Assembly: GCF_032062105.1 (NCBI RefSeq)
Contig: NW_026927443.1
Location: 1-64,000, forward strand
Source: Saccostrea cucullata
Lineage: Eukaryota
Length of the DNA: 64,000 bases
Direction of reading: 5' to 3'
The notes below the pieces were generated by a model that had not been told where the DNA came from, did no database searches, and worked only from the letters and a program-made list of their open reading frames with translations. Below, piece after piece: positions 23,343 through 34,230 of the stretch (positions within the stretch are counted from its first letter, which is position 1; every line of letters begins with the position of its first letter). Position numbers and translations under genes: made by a program.

Positions 23343-25073
23343 AACTAGAATAATGACGCTTGATTGAGCTCTTTTTGTGGCAAGATACTGCAATAAGACT
23401 ACAGCTGTAGGAGTGGCTATTAATAAACTTTTATAGTTTTTTTTTCCATTTTAGTAACCATGGCAACATCATTCTTCGAAATCAAAAATCGATAGACAGA
23501 ATTGTGTATCTTAGTGTAGTCTACTCGTGTGCCAAGTTATACTGAAATCAGACCAAAACTGTAGGAGGTGTAGCATTTTGAAAGCATTTCAGAGAAATTT
23601 CTATTTTTAGAAACAAAGGCAACACCGTTCATTGAAATCTAAAATGGATATGCAGAATTATGTATCTTGGTGTAGTCTACTTATGTGCCAAGTTATAATG
23701 AAATCAGACCAAAACTGTAGGAGAAGTAGCATTTTGAAAGTATTTCACAGAAATTCCTATTTTTAGTAACCACGGCAAAACCGTTCACCGAAATCAAAAA
23801 TCGATAATCAGATTTATGTATCTAAGTGTAGTCTACTTGTGTGCTAAGTTATATTATTATACTTTCATGTTAAATACTAAAATCTGATTGGTTTAGACGC
23901 AGTTAACAATCCGTTCGATTACCCTGAGCCTTAGCAACACACGTGACAACGGGTAACACAACGGTAATGCCACATGCGTGGAAATTATGCGCGTACGGTT
24001 CACCGTAGAATTCTCAAAACGTCAGTTGCGCGTTTGAAAGAACCGGAATTAACTTGACGTCAATAAAAGCTTGCGTCCCATATAGCTTACTTGAAAACAA
24101 CAAACGACAGACGATACATGCTTGCGAGTGTAGAAAAACATGCTTGCGAGCCAGAAAAAACGAAACTTTATATGATAAATGACTCTAATTCGAGTATCAA
24201 ACAAACAATAAGGAGATTAGTGAACCGGTAAGTGTGAAAGCTTTCTATATATGAACGTAAAGACGATCGACGGTTTTTTTTTTTTGCTGACGTCCTAAAT
24301 CAATAAGACATTCAGTATAATAAAATAAATGGTGCCTGTTTTGGAGGGTAACATTTGAAATTGACACCCCTCGGAAAACCATTGTCAACCTCCGCTGACG
24401 CGTCGGTTGACAATGGTTTTCCTTGGGGTGTCAATTTCAAATGTTACCCTCCAAAACAGGCACCATTTATATATTGAAATCAGACCAAAACTGTAGGAGG
24501 TGTAGCATTTTGAAAGTATTTCACAGAAATTTCTATTTTTAGTAACAAAGGCAACACCGTTCATCGAAATCTAAAATCGATAAATAGAATTATGTATCTT
24601 AGTGTAGTCTACTTATGTGCCAAGTTATAATGAAATCAGACCAAAACTGTAGGAGGAGCAGCATTTTGAAAGTATTTCACAGAAATTTCTATGTTTAGTA
24701 ACAAAGGCAACACCATTCATCGAAATCAAAAATCGATATACAGAATTATGTATCTTAGTGTAGTCTACTTGTGTGCTAAGTTATATTAAAATCAGACCAA
24801 AACTGTAGGAGGAGTAGCATTTTGAAAGTATTTCACAGAAATTTCTATTTTTAGTAACCATGGCAACTCAATTCATCAAAATCAAAAATCGATACACAGA
24901 ATTATGTATCTTAGTGTAATCTACTTGTGTGCCAAGTTATACTGAAATCAGACCAAAACTGTAGGAGGAGTAGCATTTTGAAAAATTGTTTACAGACAGA
25001 CGGACAGAGGGACGGACGCCGGACGCATTACTATCGCATAAGCTCTTCTGGTCTCTGACCAGTAGAGCTAAAA
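23343..25073 (+). mobile_element. HINE-like element with a 156-bp tandem satellite, interrupted by a 620-bp insertion
   Basis: Monomer marker 'tcagaccaaaactgtagg' occurs at 23548, 23704, 24480, 24636, 24792 and 24948. (acag/acgg)n microsatellite at ~24992-25017. 3' hairpin agctcttctggtc-tct-gaccagtagagct followed by aaaaa. Confidence 0.85.
23855..24474 (+). mobile_element. Non-autonomous element with a terminal ~146-bp hairpin (Crypton-like by inference), inserted in the satellite
   Basis: Interrupts the 156-bp register by exactly 620 bp. Flanked by a tatatt direct repeat. Near-perfect palindrome at 24325-24470. Confidence 0.8.
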
Positions 25074-25640
25074 ACGGAAAAAAGGCCGACTGCAATCGAA
25101 AAATTGTTTTAAAGTATGAGAAAATGATCCCTTTTGGCCTCTTAAGTGTACTAGTATGTATGCTATTTTATTGGCAAATAATTTCAATCTTAGTAAGATT
25201 TTTGCAAATTGTGGAGATTCTTCAAAAGAGATTAATGTTAAATGAAAGATGAAAGGAAATAGTGTTATAATTGAGTTTTAATATTTCACCTTCATTTGTC
25301 GCACCATAGGATTAGCTTGCAATTATCGACTATTTTCTGTAGTAGTATAAATGGCAAAGTTCAGATTATCATAGATCTGCTGTGTAAGAAATTGGATAAA
25401 TAACTAATTTGAATTAAGTTTCTCAATTTTTTCAAATGTATTTTCCTTGTAGAAGTTGAAAGTACACGCGGTTTCCCTGTGAAATCTGTCAAAGACTTAC
25501 TCAACAAAATAAAATTTAAACAAACATAAAATGTGTCATTAATCAGAATCTTTTATATTGATCATTGTGGTAAAATCTCATTTAAACAATTAAAACAGAG
25601 CAGATTTTAAGAATTAAGATTGATATACAATGACTAAAAA

Positions 25641-25966
25641 TTATTCCTTCCCCCAGCCTCCACTAAAATCTCTACCCCCGAGTTCCACACACTTAAAATG
25701 AAGTCAGTCCCCTTTATTTGAGATGGAATTCTCTGAAACATTAGAGTCCCACACATAAGTCAAATGAAGCTGAGTGATAAATACGGCACCAATTTTCACA
25801 AAGAACCGGTCAAATTTGCGTTCCCGAATGCTCTTGCCAGATATTGCAGAGGTGCTCATGTATTTCTAGGACGAATAATCCCGAGCTGGGAAACGAGTAG
25901 AAGTAAGCTAATATATCATTGTGTTCCGTCGTAAGTGAATTTAGGATTAATTTCATCGCAATCGCT
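25641..25966 (-). repeat. Right arm of the long-range inverted repeat (with ~35-bp insertion), cut by the RTE LINE
   Basis: Reverse complement of 19812-20101. Similarity resumes briefly at 28301-28317 after the LINE. Confidence 0.85.
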
Positions 25967-28300
25967 TATTCCTCATAAATACATGATCACATAACTGTAA
26001 ACAGCAAATGGCGCAAATCCCTTCAAGATGTTATTATAGAAGTATGCCGTGGAGCAGATGTCAACAGTGACCACTATCTGTTGAAAGCAGCGTTTTATAA
26101 AACTAAAACTTCGAAGAAATCCCAAAAAGCAGGAGACAAAAAGGAGGATCGATGTGGGAAAGTTAAAAATACCAGACACACGAAAATCTTTCAATCTGGA
26201 ATTGAACAACAGATTCAAGGTTCTGGAAGAAAGTCTTGATGTTGTTGAAGATATTCAAGAAAGGTGGGACACGATCAAGAAAGTGTATATTGAAGCCGCC
26301 GAAAAAACTCCTACCGAACCAAAAAGAATAAAGAATGGCTAACACCTGGTACATGGGAAAAAATATGTGAAAGAAAGAACATAAAGCAGAAAATTATCAG
26401 TACCAAGTCTGCAAGATTACAAGAACAACTACTAGTATAAGCTTCCTATAAAGAAAAGGATAGAGATGTCAAACGAAGTGCCAGGAGAGATAGACAAATG
26501 TATGTTGACAGTCTGACACAAGAAGCAGAACGAGCTGCTTCACATGTAGAAATGAGCACTGTTTACAAAATAACAAAAGCTATGTGGTCGCACCACAACC
26601 CAACCTGCTCTTGTGAAAGATAAAGATGGTCACCCACTGGCAACAGAACATGAACAAGCCAACCGCTGGGTACAATATTTCCAGGAAGTACTGAATTGCC
26701 CAGAACCTGATGAACCAGCAAGTCCTTACCCTGCAGTTGAAGACTTAACTAAGAAATAAACTTAGAACCACAAACCCTCGAAGAAGTCCAAAACTGTATT
26801 AAAGCATTAAAGAATGGTAAATCCCCAGACAATGACTGCATACATGTTGAAATCAGATATTGCAACATCATAAAAAAAGATATTAGATCTATTCGTTCAT
26901 ATCTGGGAAAATGATACAATATCACATGACTGGAGTAAAGGACTCATTGTAAAGCTGCCAAAAAAGGGAGATCTCCAAATTTGTGACAACTGGAAAGGCA
27001 TAACACTGCTCTCAGTCCCCAGCAAGGTGTTTTGTAAAATGCTGCTATACAGAATAGACAAAGTGATTGAAAAGAAACTGCAAGAGGAACAAGCTGGATT
27101 TAGAAGAGGAAGAGGGTGTATAGACCAAATTTTTGCCATTTGTAACAATACAGAATAGTGTATAGAATGGCAAATGCCACTGTATATCAATTTCATTGAT
27201 TTTAAGAAAGCTTTTGACAGTGTGCACAGGGAAACGCTTTGGAAAATAGTAAGATCATATGGAATACCAGCAAAGATCTGCAACATCATGAAAACATTCT
27301 ACTCAAACTTCGAGTGTAGTGTCATCCTGGAAAATGGAATATCAGACTCCTTCAGTGTAAAATCTGGAGTACGGCAAGGATGCATACTATCACCAATTCT
27401 CTTCCTTATTGTCATTGACAACACCACACAAGACAAAAGAGGGGAATCCAATGGACAATGTTCAGTCACCTAGAAGACCTGGACTTTGCAGACGATCTGG
27501 CAGAAGTATCAGGAAACATCATCCCCCTACAAGAAAAAACTGATTATTTAGACTCCTTTGCCAAACAAACTGGGCTTAACATCAATGCTAAAAAGACCAA
27601 GGTCATGACAATCAATGCACCAGTAGAATCTGTCACATTAAATGGAGAGGCACTTGAGGAAGTTGAGGACTTCACTTACCTTGGCAGTGTCCTAAGTAAG
27701 GACAACGGCACTGGTGAATACATAAAATCACGTCTCAGTAAATCACGGACAGCATTTGCCCAACTTCAGCCCATCTGGAAGTCAAACAACTACAGTCTGA
27801 GGAAGTCCAACAACTACAGTCTGAGAACCAAACTCCAACTTTACAACAGCAATGTCAAATCAGTTCTCCTGTATGGGTCTGAATGCTGGCATGTTGTTGA
27901 CAGCGACATGAGAAAAGTAGAGGCATTCCAAAACAACTGTCTTCGAAAAATCCACCGTATCTTCTGGCCAAACAAGATCTCAAACAGATACCTGCATAAG
28001 GAAAGCAAACGCAGGAGTATAACAACAGAAATCAAGCAAAGAAGAATGAGATGGCTGGGACACGTGATGAGAATGCATCAGAGCAGGATACCCAAAACAG
28101 CCTTACACTGGACACCATCTGGAAAGAGGAAGCAAGGTAGACCACGAACAACATGTAGAAGAACCATAACATCAGAGTTAGAGGAAATGGGCTACTCTTG
28201 GGGGCAGGCACGGTATGTGGCAAAGAATAGAGGAAGATGGAGGCAGGTTGTTGAAGCCTTAGTTATGTCCCATCGGGGACGAAGAGGATAAGTAAGTAAG
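25967..28300 (+). mobile_element. RTE-clade LINE, 5'-truncated and decayed (end of APE endonuclease plus RT)
   Basis: Fragments include DHITVNSKWR..ADVNSDHY, FIDFKKAFDSVHRE, GVRQGCILSPILF, LDFADD, LLYGSECW and RWLGHVMRM, with multiple frameshifts and stops. (taag)n tail. 15-bp TSD ttcatcgcaatcgct (25952-25966) / ttcattgcaatcact (28301-28315). Confidence 0.93.
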
Positions 28301-28315
28301 TTCATTGCAATCACT

Positions 28316-28795
28316 GTTAATGGTAATCTAACAACCAAGCTCTATGATAAACGTGATGACTAACTTTTCAATTATCAACTTTCCTTACATACGCAATATA
28401 ACTTTGTCACCTGCATGTTCTACGTATATGATCAATTTCTAAAACGAGGTAAATTATGAAAAACGAGTTTATGAAACAAGAATATCAGCTGTCTAGTTTA
28501 AAGTACTAGTAGTTCTACTGTCGATACGATGACCTTGTCAGCAAGTACAATCTATCATTCAGTCAAAAGCTGACTGACGTTTTTCATAATTGTTATGCCC
28601 ATTATTTACAGACTGAATATTGTGACATGAAGCACACGGTGGGTGTGACCGGTAGGCAGGGGATGTTCACTTCCCCCATGATACCTGAGCCCACCTCTGA
28701 TGTTTTGGAGGTCCATGTTTGCTCTGCTCCTATTTTGTATTGTTTTATGGACTTTCGAGCTCGAGTACTGTTTGTTATCTCCACATATTTCATTT
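28316..28795 (+). mobile_element. Penelope-like retroelement fragment
   Basis: VNGNLTTKLYDKRDD-x-FSIINFPY... RT tail plus the shared 3' block (cacacggtgggtgtgaccggtaggcaggggatg). Confidence 0.65.
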
Positions 28796-30544
28796 TAAGA
28801 AAAAAAGAAATTTGAACTTTTATTCATGAAAGAGAAAGAAATGGAAATGAGTCCCTCCTTTAGTTTAAACATTTAGTAAAAATAGGTTAAAACAATATTA
28901 TAAGCTATAAAGATTATTGATGTTTAAATTGAAATGAAAATAGGTACATTATATATGACAACGAAATAAACACAAAAATATACATTTAAAGATGAGCTTT
29001 CTTTTGCAAAAAATCTGTGTGAGGATGTGCTATATTTTTTTCAGAAAAAGGTCCAAATTTTGGATTCATCATAACTATAATGAGGTATATAGGGATAATG
29101 GGAGCCTAAGAAATATTAACTAAGATTATGTAGAAAAGGAGGTTCTTATAATATTTGAGACATCGTCCTCGTAAAAAAGGGAGAGTAAGAACTGATCAAT
29201 CCTTTTGTACAAAACATACCTGAAAAAACTGTTCTTATAATATTTAAATACTAGGGATTTATGGGCCATATCATTCTCCCCGAGTCCAACTGTTCTACAT
29301 CGGTAGGAGAATGATGTGGTCCATGGTTCCCTAATTTTTGAATATATGCCCTTGGGTAAGGGTTTGGCTGAAATCATACACTAGTATCATACAAAATGCA
29401 TGTACAGGGAAACTAGAAATATGTCATAAGGTTAAACTTCAAGGTCAAAAGGTCAAACTGGGCGGTACCCCAAGAAAAGTCTCGTCACAAGAAATACACC
29501 TGTAAAATATGAAAGCCATATAGTACCACCTACTCAAGAATTTTGGATAATTTTTAAGTTTTCTAGTTGTAATGTTAGTTGTGTGGAATTTTTAGTTACC
29601 ATCTCACATTTCATCAAAATAAAATTAACAAATCGAAAAAAAAAATCATAAAGTCCACTTCCATACCAATTTTCAATGGAAATTAGACCAAAGGGGCAGA
29701 AAAACTTCTTTTCACAGTTATGCCCCCCTTTCCTCATAATATTAAAATAAATTCACAATTACACATTTCCAAACATTCATTTATACATACTCATACTGAA
29801 ACGAGGTATGGTTGATCGGGAAGATGGTACTTGTACTAAAGCTTTTAAATACCTTAGGTGGCGTGAAGTACATGTACTTACAAGTTGTCCACTGTATTTC
29901 ATAGCTATACAATTACATGCATCACTCTATAATGACACAGTATTCAAAGCAAACTGTAGAATGGTTGGAAAAGAAAAAGTTTCATTTGTATTTATCATAA
30001 GTATGTGCTTTTATTTGTTTACGTTTTCCTTTTTACTCAACAATCACTTAACTTCTGAAACAACCTCATGGTTATAGCTTCGAAAAAGGTCGTGATATAT
30101 TTTTTAAATATATAATTCAAACGATTTGTAAAACTAAAATAAGAGAAATATATTTAATATAAAAATTATTTTTCTTTTCTTTGAAAATGCATTATGTATC
30201 AAATAGGGATAGCTCTTTGTTTGATAATAAATATCGGAAACGCTGGTACCTAACTCTGCGGAGTGAAGTAAAAGATATTTAAATGTATTTAAAATTCAAC
30301 AATGAAATGAAATCTATTTCTATGCTCAATGATCATTCAAGCGAAATCATATTGAGATGCTATTGAAGGAAACGTCATTTTATTTAAAGCCGTGTATATA
30401 ATTCAATCAGAGACATAAAACAGCGTTTCCTATAGCGATGTCACAAAACAGATTTGTATACAAGCAAAAGAAATAAAGAAAGAAATTGTCAATAGATTAG
30501 CACTGCAGAATCGATCTGACGGAAATTAAGGACAAGAATTCAAG

Positions 30545-32602
30545 ATGGCAAAGACCGGACGCGGGGAAATAAAGATCAATGAGAGGTTTCTGACTTGTGG
30601 ATTATGTAATCAGTGGTTTACCCAACCCCGGACCTTACCATGCTTACATTCCTACTGCGAGAGTTGTCTTTACAAAAACATTAATGACTACATTGCCAAA
30701 GCCAGTGTCAAAAAAGGAGGACAGACAGCCAATCCAACAGAATATATATGTCCAACGTGTAGTAAAGCTATCGACGTGTCCAAGTTCTCGTCACAGCCCG
30801 CCAAAAACTGGACGACAAAATTCCCGCTGAACACATTCCTCCTGGATCTCCTAGACGTCGAACTTCTGAAGAGAGGCGAGAAAACCTGCGGTCCCTGCAC
30901 GCGCAACGGAGACAAGTCCGAAGTGGTTTCTTGGTGCAAGGAGTGTCGAGATGGGCTTTGCAAAAACTGCGCAAAAGTCCATCATGGAATGCGTGTCTCA
31001 ATGGAGCACACTGTCCTAAGTAAGGAAGAGTTTATGAAGCACATTTCTTTACTTCAAGAGCAGCAAGAATTTTGTCAGAAACACCTTGGTAAGACCCTCG
31101 ATATGTACTGCATGGTGGACAAAGAGCTGTGCTGTCCTAACTGTGTGGCCGAGGAACACCGGCGCTGTGACCGAGTGGTATCCGTCATGGACGCGGTAAA
31201 ACAGAGTCGTCTGGATAAAACGCCAGAATTCCTCAAAAAGAATCTAGACGAATACAACGATCATATAGAGAAAATCATTGCTGCCAGAACTAACAAACTG
31301 TTGAGTCTTGACGAGCAAAAATCGAAACTGATAGAAGAGTTTGCTCAAATTCGCATTAATGTCATAAATATTTTGGACAAACTGGAGAAAGCCATAAAGA
31401 AAGAGCTGAGTGATATGCATGCCGTGGAGACCAAGACAATGGAGAAAGAGATTCACAAGTCCAAGAAGATCCAGACAGCCGTGACAAACGCACATGACTT
31501 GTTGAACGTCACCGAAAATCATGGTTCAGATTCTAAACTGATTAAAACTATAGAAGAGGTGAAACGGGAGTGTCTCTGGTATGAAGAGGAGATGGGGAGA
31601 CTGCGAGGAAAAATCCAAGATTGTGAGTACGTATTCGAAATTGACGATCATATTGAAACACTGCTGAATAAAGTTAAGAAGTATGGAGAATTGAATGCAC
31701 GACATTCGCCATCCAAACTACAGCCATTTCCAAATACCGTGACCATTGAAAAGTCTATAGAACAAGGAAAGCAATTCAAGTCCACACTATCACTCAAGGG
31801 ACGAAACGCCGAACTCGTTAAATCGTTTGACGCCAAAATGGAGGACGACATTAAAGAGTGTTGGTACACAGGAGCAGCCTTTCTCAGCGATGGCAGGTTT
31901 GCGCTTGTAGATCGCTCCAACCGGAAACTGAAGCTCTTCAGTAAGACGTACCGGCTTTTGAACAGCATATTCTTCACAACAAAACCCTGGGACGTGACTG
32001 TTGTCGGCGAAAACGAGATTGCCGTCACACTTCCGGAGGAGCATGGCATTCAGCTGCTGTCAATCGGGGACTCCATCAAGATGTCCGACTACTTTACAAC
32101 AGAAGAGGCTTGTTTTGGTATCAAGCATGTTCGTGGAAAGTTCTTTGCACTTTGCTATGACGGAAAACCTCCAGCATTAAAGGTGATTTCTTCAGACGGG
32201 CGTGAGCTGGCCGCCATTGGCGTGGACGATGATGGAAGTCCGTTATTTTCGCGCCCAATCTACGTGACGTCAAATAACGCTGGTACGGTGATTTACGTGT
32301 CGGACGAGCGCCGAGGGTGTATTACGTGTTTGACGGAGACCTCTGAACATTGCTACACCTACTCCACAATCGATCTTAGTCATGTGGCAGGCATCACTTT
32401 AGACCGTGAAGGCAATCTCTACGTTTGTAGAAACCATGCTAAAAGTGTGCAAGTGGTGTCTCCAGAGGGAGACCGATTGAGAACCATTATATCACGTGAA
32501 GAAGTGTCCTACCCACGCGCGGTAGCATATGATGACAAAGAAGACCGTCTGCTTATCACTCAGGGAGACAAAAGCGTTGTGAAAATATTTCAATTTGAGT
32601 AG
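30545..32602 (+). CDS. TRIM E3 ubiquitin ligase: RING, B-box1, B-box2, coiled coil, NHL/beta-propeller (TRIM56/TRIM2/3-like), 685 aa, single coding exon
   Basis: RING CGLC..LPCLHSYCESC..CPTC; B-box1 CGPC..WCKEC..LCKNC..HH..H; B-box2 CQKH..YC..D..CCPNC..H; heptad-rich middle region; NHL-like repeats (PWDVTV, GITLDREGNLYVC, PRAVAYD). Confidence 0.93.
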   Translation: MAKTGRGEIKINERFLTCGLCNQWFTQPRTLPCLHSYCESCLYKNINDYIAKASVKKGGQTANPTEYICPTCSKAIDVSKFSSQPAKNWTTKFPLNTFLLDLLDVELLKRGEKTCGPCTRNGDKSEVVSWCKECRDGLCKNCAKVHHGMRVSMEHTVLSKEEFMKHISLLQEQQEFCQKHLGKTLDMYCMVDKELCCPNCVAEEHRRCDRVVSVMDAVKQSRLDKTPEFLKKNLDEYNDHIEKIIAARTNKLLSLDEQKSKLIEEFAQIRINVINILDKLEKAIKKELSDMHAVETKTMEKEIHKSKKIQTAVTNAHDLLNVTENHGSDSKLIKTIEEVKRECLWYEEEMGRLRGKIQDCEYVFEIDDHIETLLNKVKKYGELNARHSPSKLQPFPNTVTIEKSIEQGKQFKSTLSLKGRNAELVKSFDAKMEDDIKECWYTGAAFLSDGRFALVDRSNRKLKLFSKTYRLLNSIFFTTKPWDVTVVGENEIAVTLPEEHGIQLLSIGDSIKMSDYFTTEEACFGIKHVRGKFFALCYDGKPPALKVISSDGRELAAIGVDDDGSPLFSRPIYVTSNNAGTVIYVSDERRGCITCLTETSEHCYTYSTIDLSHVAGITLDREGNLYVCRNHAKSVQVVSPEGDRLRTIISREEVSYPRAVAYDDKEDRLLITQGDKSVVKIFQFE

Positions 32603-32715
32603 TCAGCTAAACTGTAAAATATACCTCCTTATGATCAAGTTATGACATAACTGATCACTTCCGAAAAATGTATAGCGTTACGGATATCTGAATTTACTAC
32701 TGTTTGAATTACTTA

Positions 32716-33029
32716 TATTATACTTTCATGTAAATTACTTGAATCTGATTCGTCGAGAAACATTTGATAAAAAACACTACTACCCGCTGAATAATGAAGC
32801 CACGCCCTCCTGCGTAGCAACAGTCAACATTGCTTGACGACGGGTGGTATTACAAAAAATAGCGACTGCGCGGAATTTATGCGCGCACGGTTCATTGCAA
32901 TATGTATTTGTATAAAACATTCAGTATAATATAATAAATATTGCATGTAGTTGAGTGTAACATTGAAAATTTTCACCCCAAGAAAACCATTGTCAACCGA
33001 GGCGTAGCTACATGCAATATTTATATAAT
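32716..33029 (+). mobile_element. Internally deleted relative of the 23855-24474 hairpin element, ~115 bp after the TRIM stop
   Basis: Shares tattatactttcatg...atctgatt, tagcaaca, atgcgcg.acggttca, cattcagtataat and aaaaccattgtcaacc. Most of the right hairpin arm is missing. Confidence 0.7.
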
Positions 33030-34230
33030 ACTTTATTGTTTTTGTGAATGTTCGATGCTTTCAAACATTCTAAACTTTGACCTCTTTTCGTTTATGGATA
33101 TACTTGTACAGTAAACACAAGTATTCAACTAAAAAAGCAAATTATCAAATTGAATGCATCTTTATTTGTTTAACTTGAAAATCTAGCATCTTTGGAAATA
33201 TATGAGCTGTATTAATACATTAGCAGTACATGTAGAGGGTTTAATTGTGTAGGTTTGTAAATTAGGCCATTCCATTTTTTTTAGTTTAGCATCCTCACTT
33301 AATTCAAAAGCCCATCTTTGTATAAGAAAAAAAAACAAAGGGAAAAACGCATTTTAAGCACAATTTTATAGGATTTCTTGGTATAAACCAGGTCTAAAAG
33401 AAATTGGTTCACAACTTTAAAAAAATAGAGATGCTGATCACACGAGAACTAATTGTGTTTCAAAGACTTGTTTTTGTTGATTTAAACTTGTTTGTTTTGA
33501 ATTTTATATCTCAAAACCAATCCATCCGCAGATGTTTAACACAGAAAAAACATGGAATGACCTTGGCCCTTGTGTATTACTGTACCTTGGCTACAGAGTG
33601 TCATTTAATATTTTACATATGAATTTTACGTACATTGTAATTTGTATGGTATTTAGTAAACACAATACGTAAGATAAGATTTAGAGACTTCAAATTTATA
33701 AAGGTAGTTAAGGTACTGAACTTAACCAGGTGCCAAAAAAACATTTTGCATATTAAAGTTGATTGACTGTGTAAACATCTCTATTGAATAAACTGTAATA
33801 TTGATTTCAATCTGGATAAGTGATTTCTAATCAAATGCTTCATCAAACATTGTAGAGTACTTGTATTGTCTTCAATTTTAGTTCATGAAATAAACTTTAT
33901 AAAATAACAAGTTCAACAGATTTGTTGAAATTTTTCATACATTTATTGACTTTTGAAGCCTAGAAAGGGTTACAGAGAGATAATGGCACACTGCACAAAC
34001 TTTAAAAGCCGTGCACAAAAAATATAATCTATTTAGACAATAATTCAAATCTTACATAAAATACAGCAACCTTGGTTTGCAATAGAGAGATAGTGCAATC
34101 TAAAGTTTATAATAAAATAAATTTTATGTTAACATTCATGTTTTTTTCAATCCCTAGAATGCTAATACACCTTTACAATGATGAACATGCACAAAAAGGG
34201 GTTGTCTTCTGCTGATGTTTTACATAAGAT

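Noticed and set aside
23400-24990. Regular repeat array as CRISPR
   Set aside because: Whole 156-bp monomers repeat with no unique spacers, there are no cas genes, and the context is eukaryotic. It is a HINE satellite.
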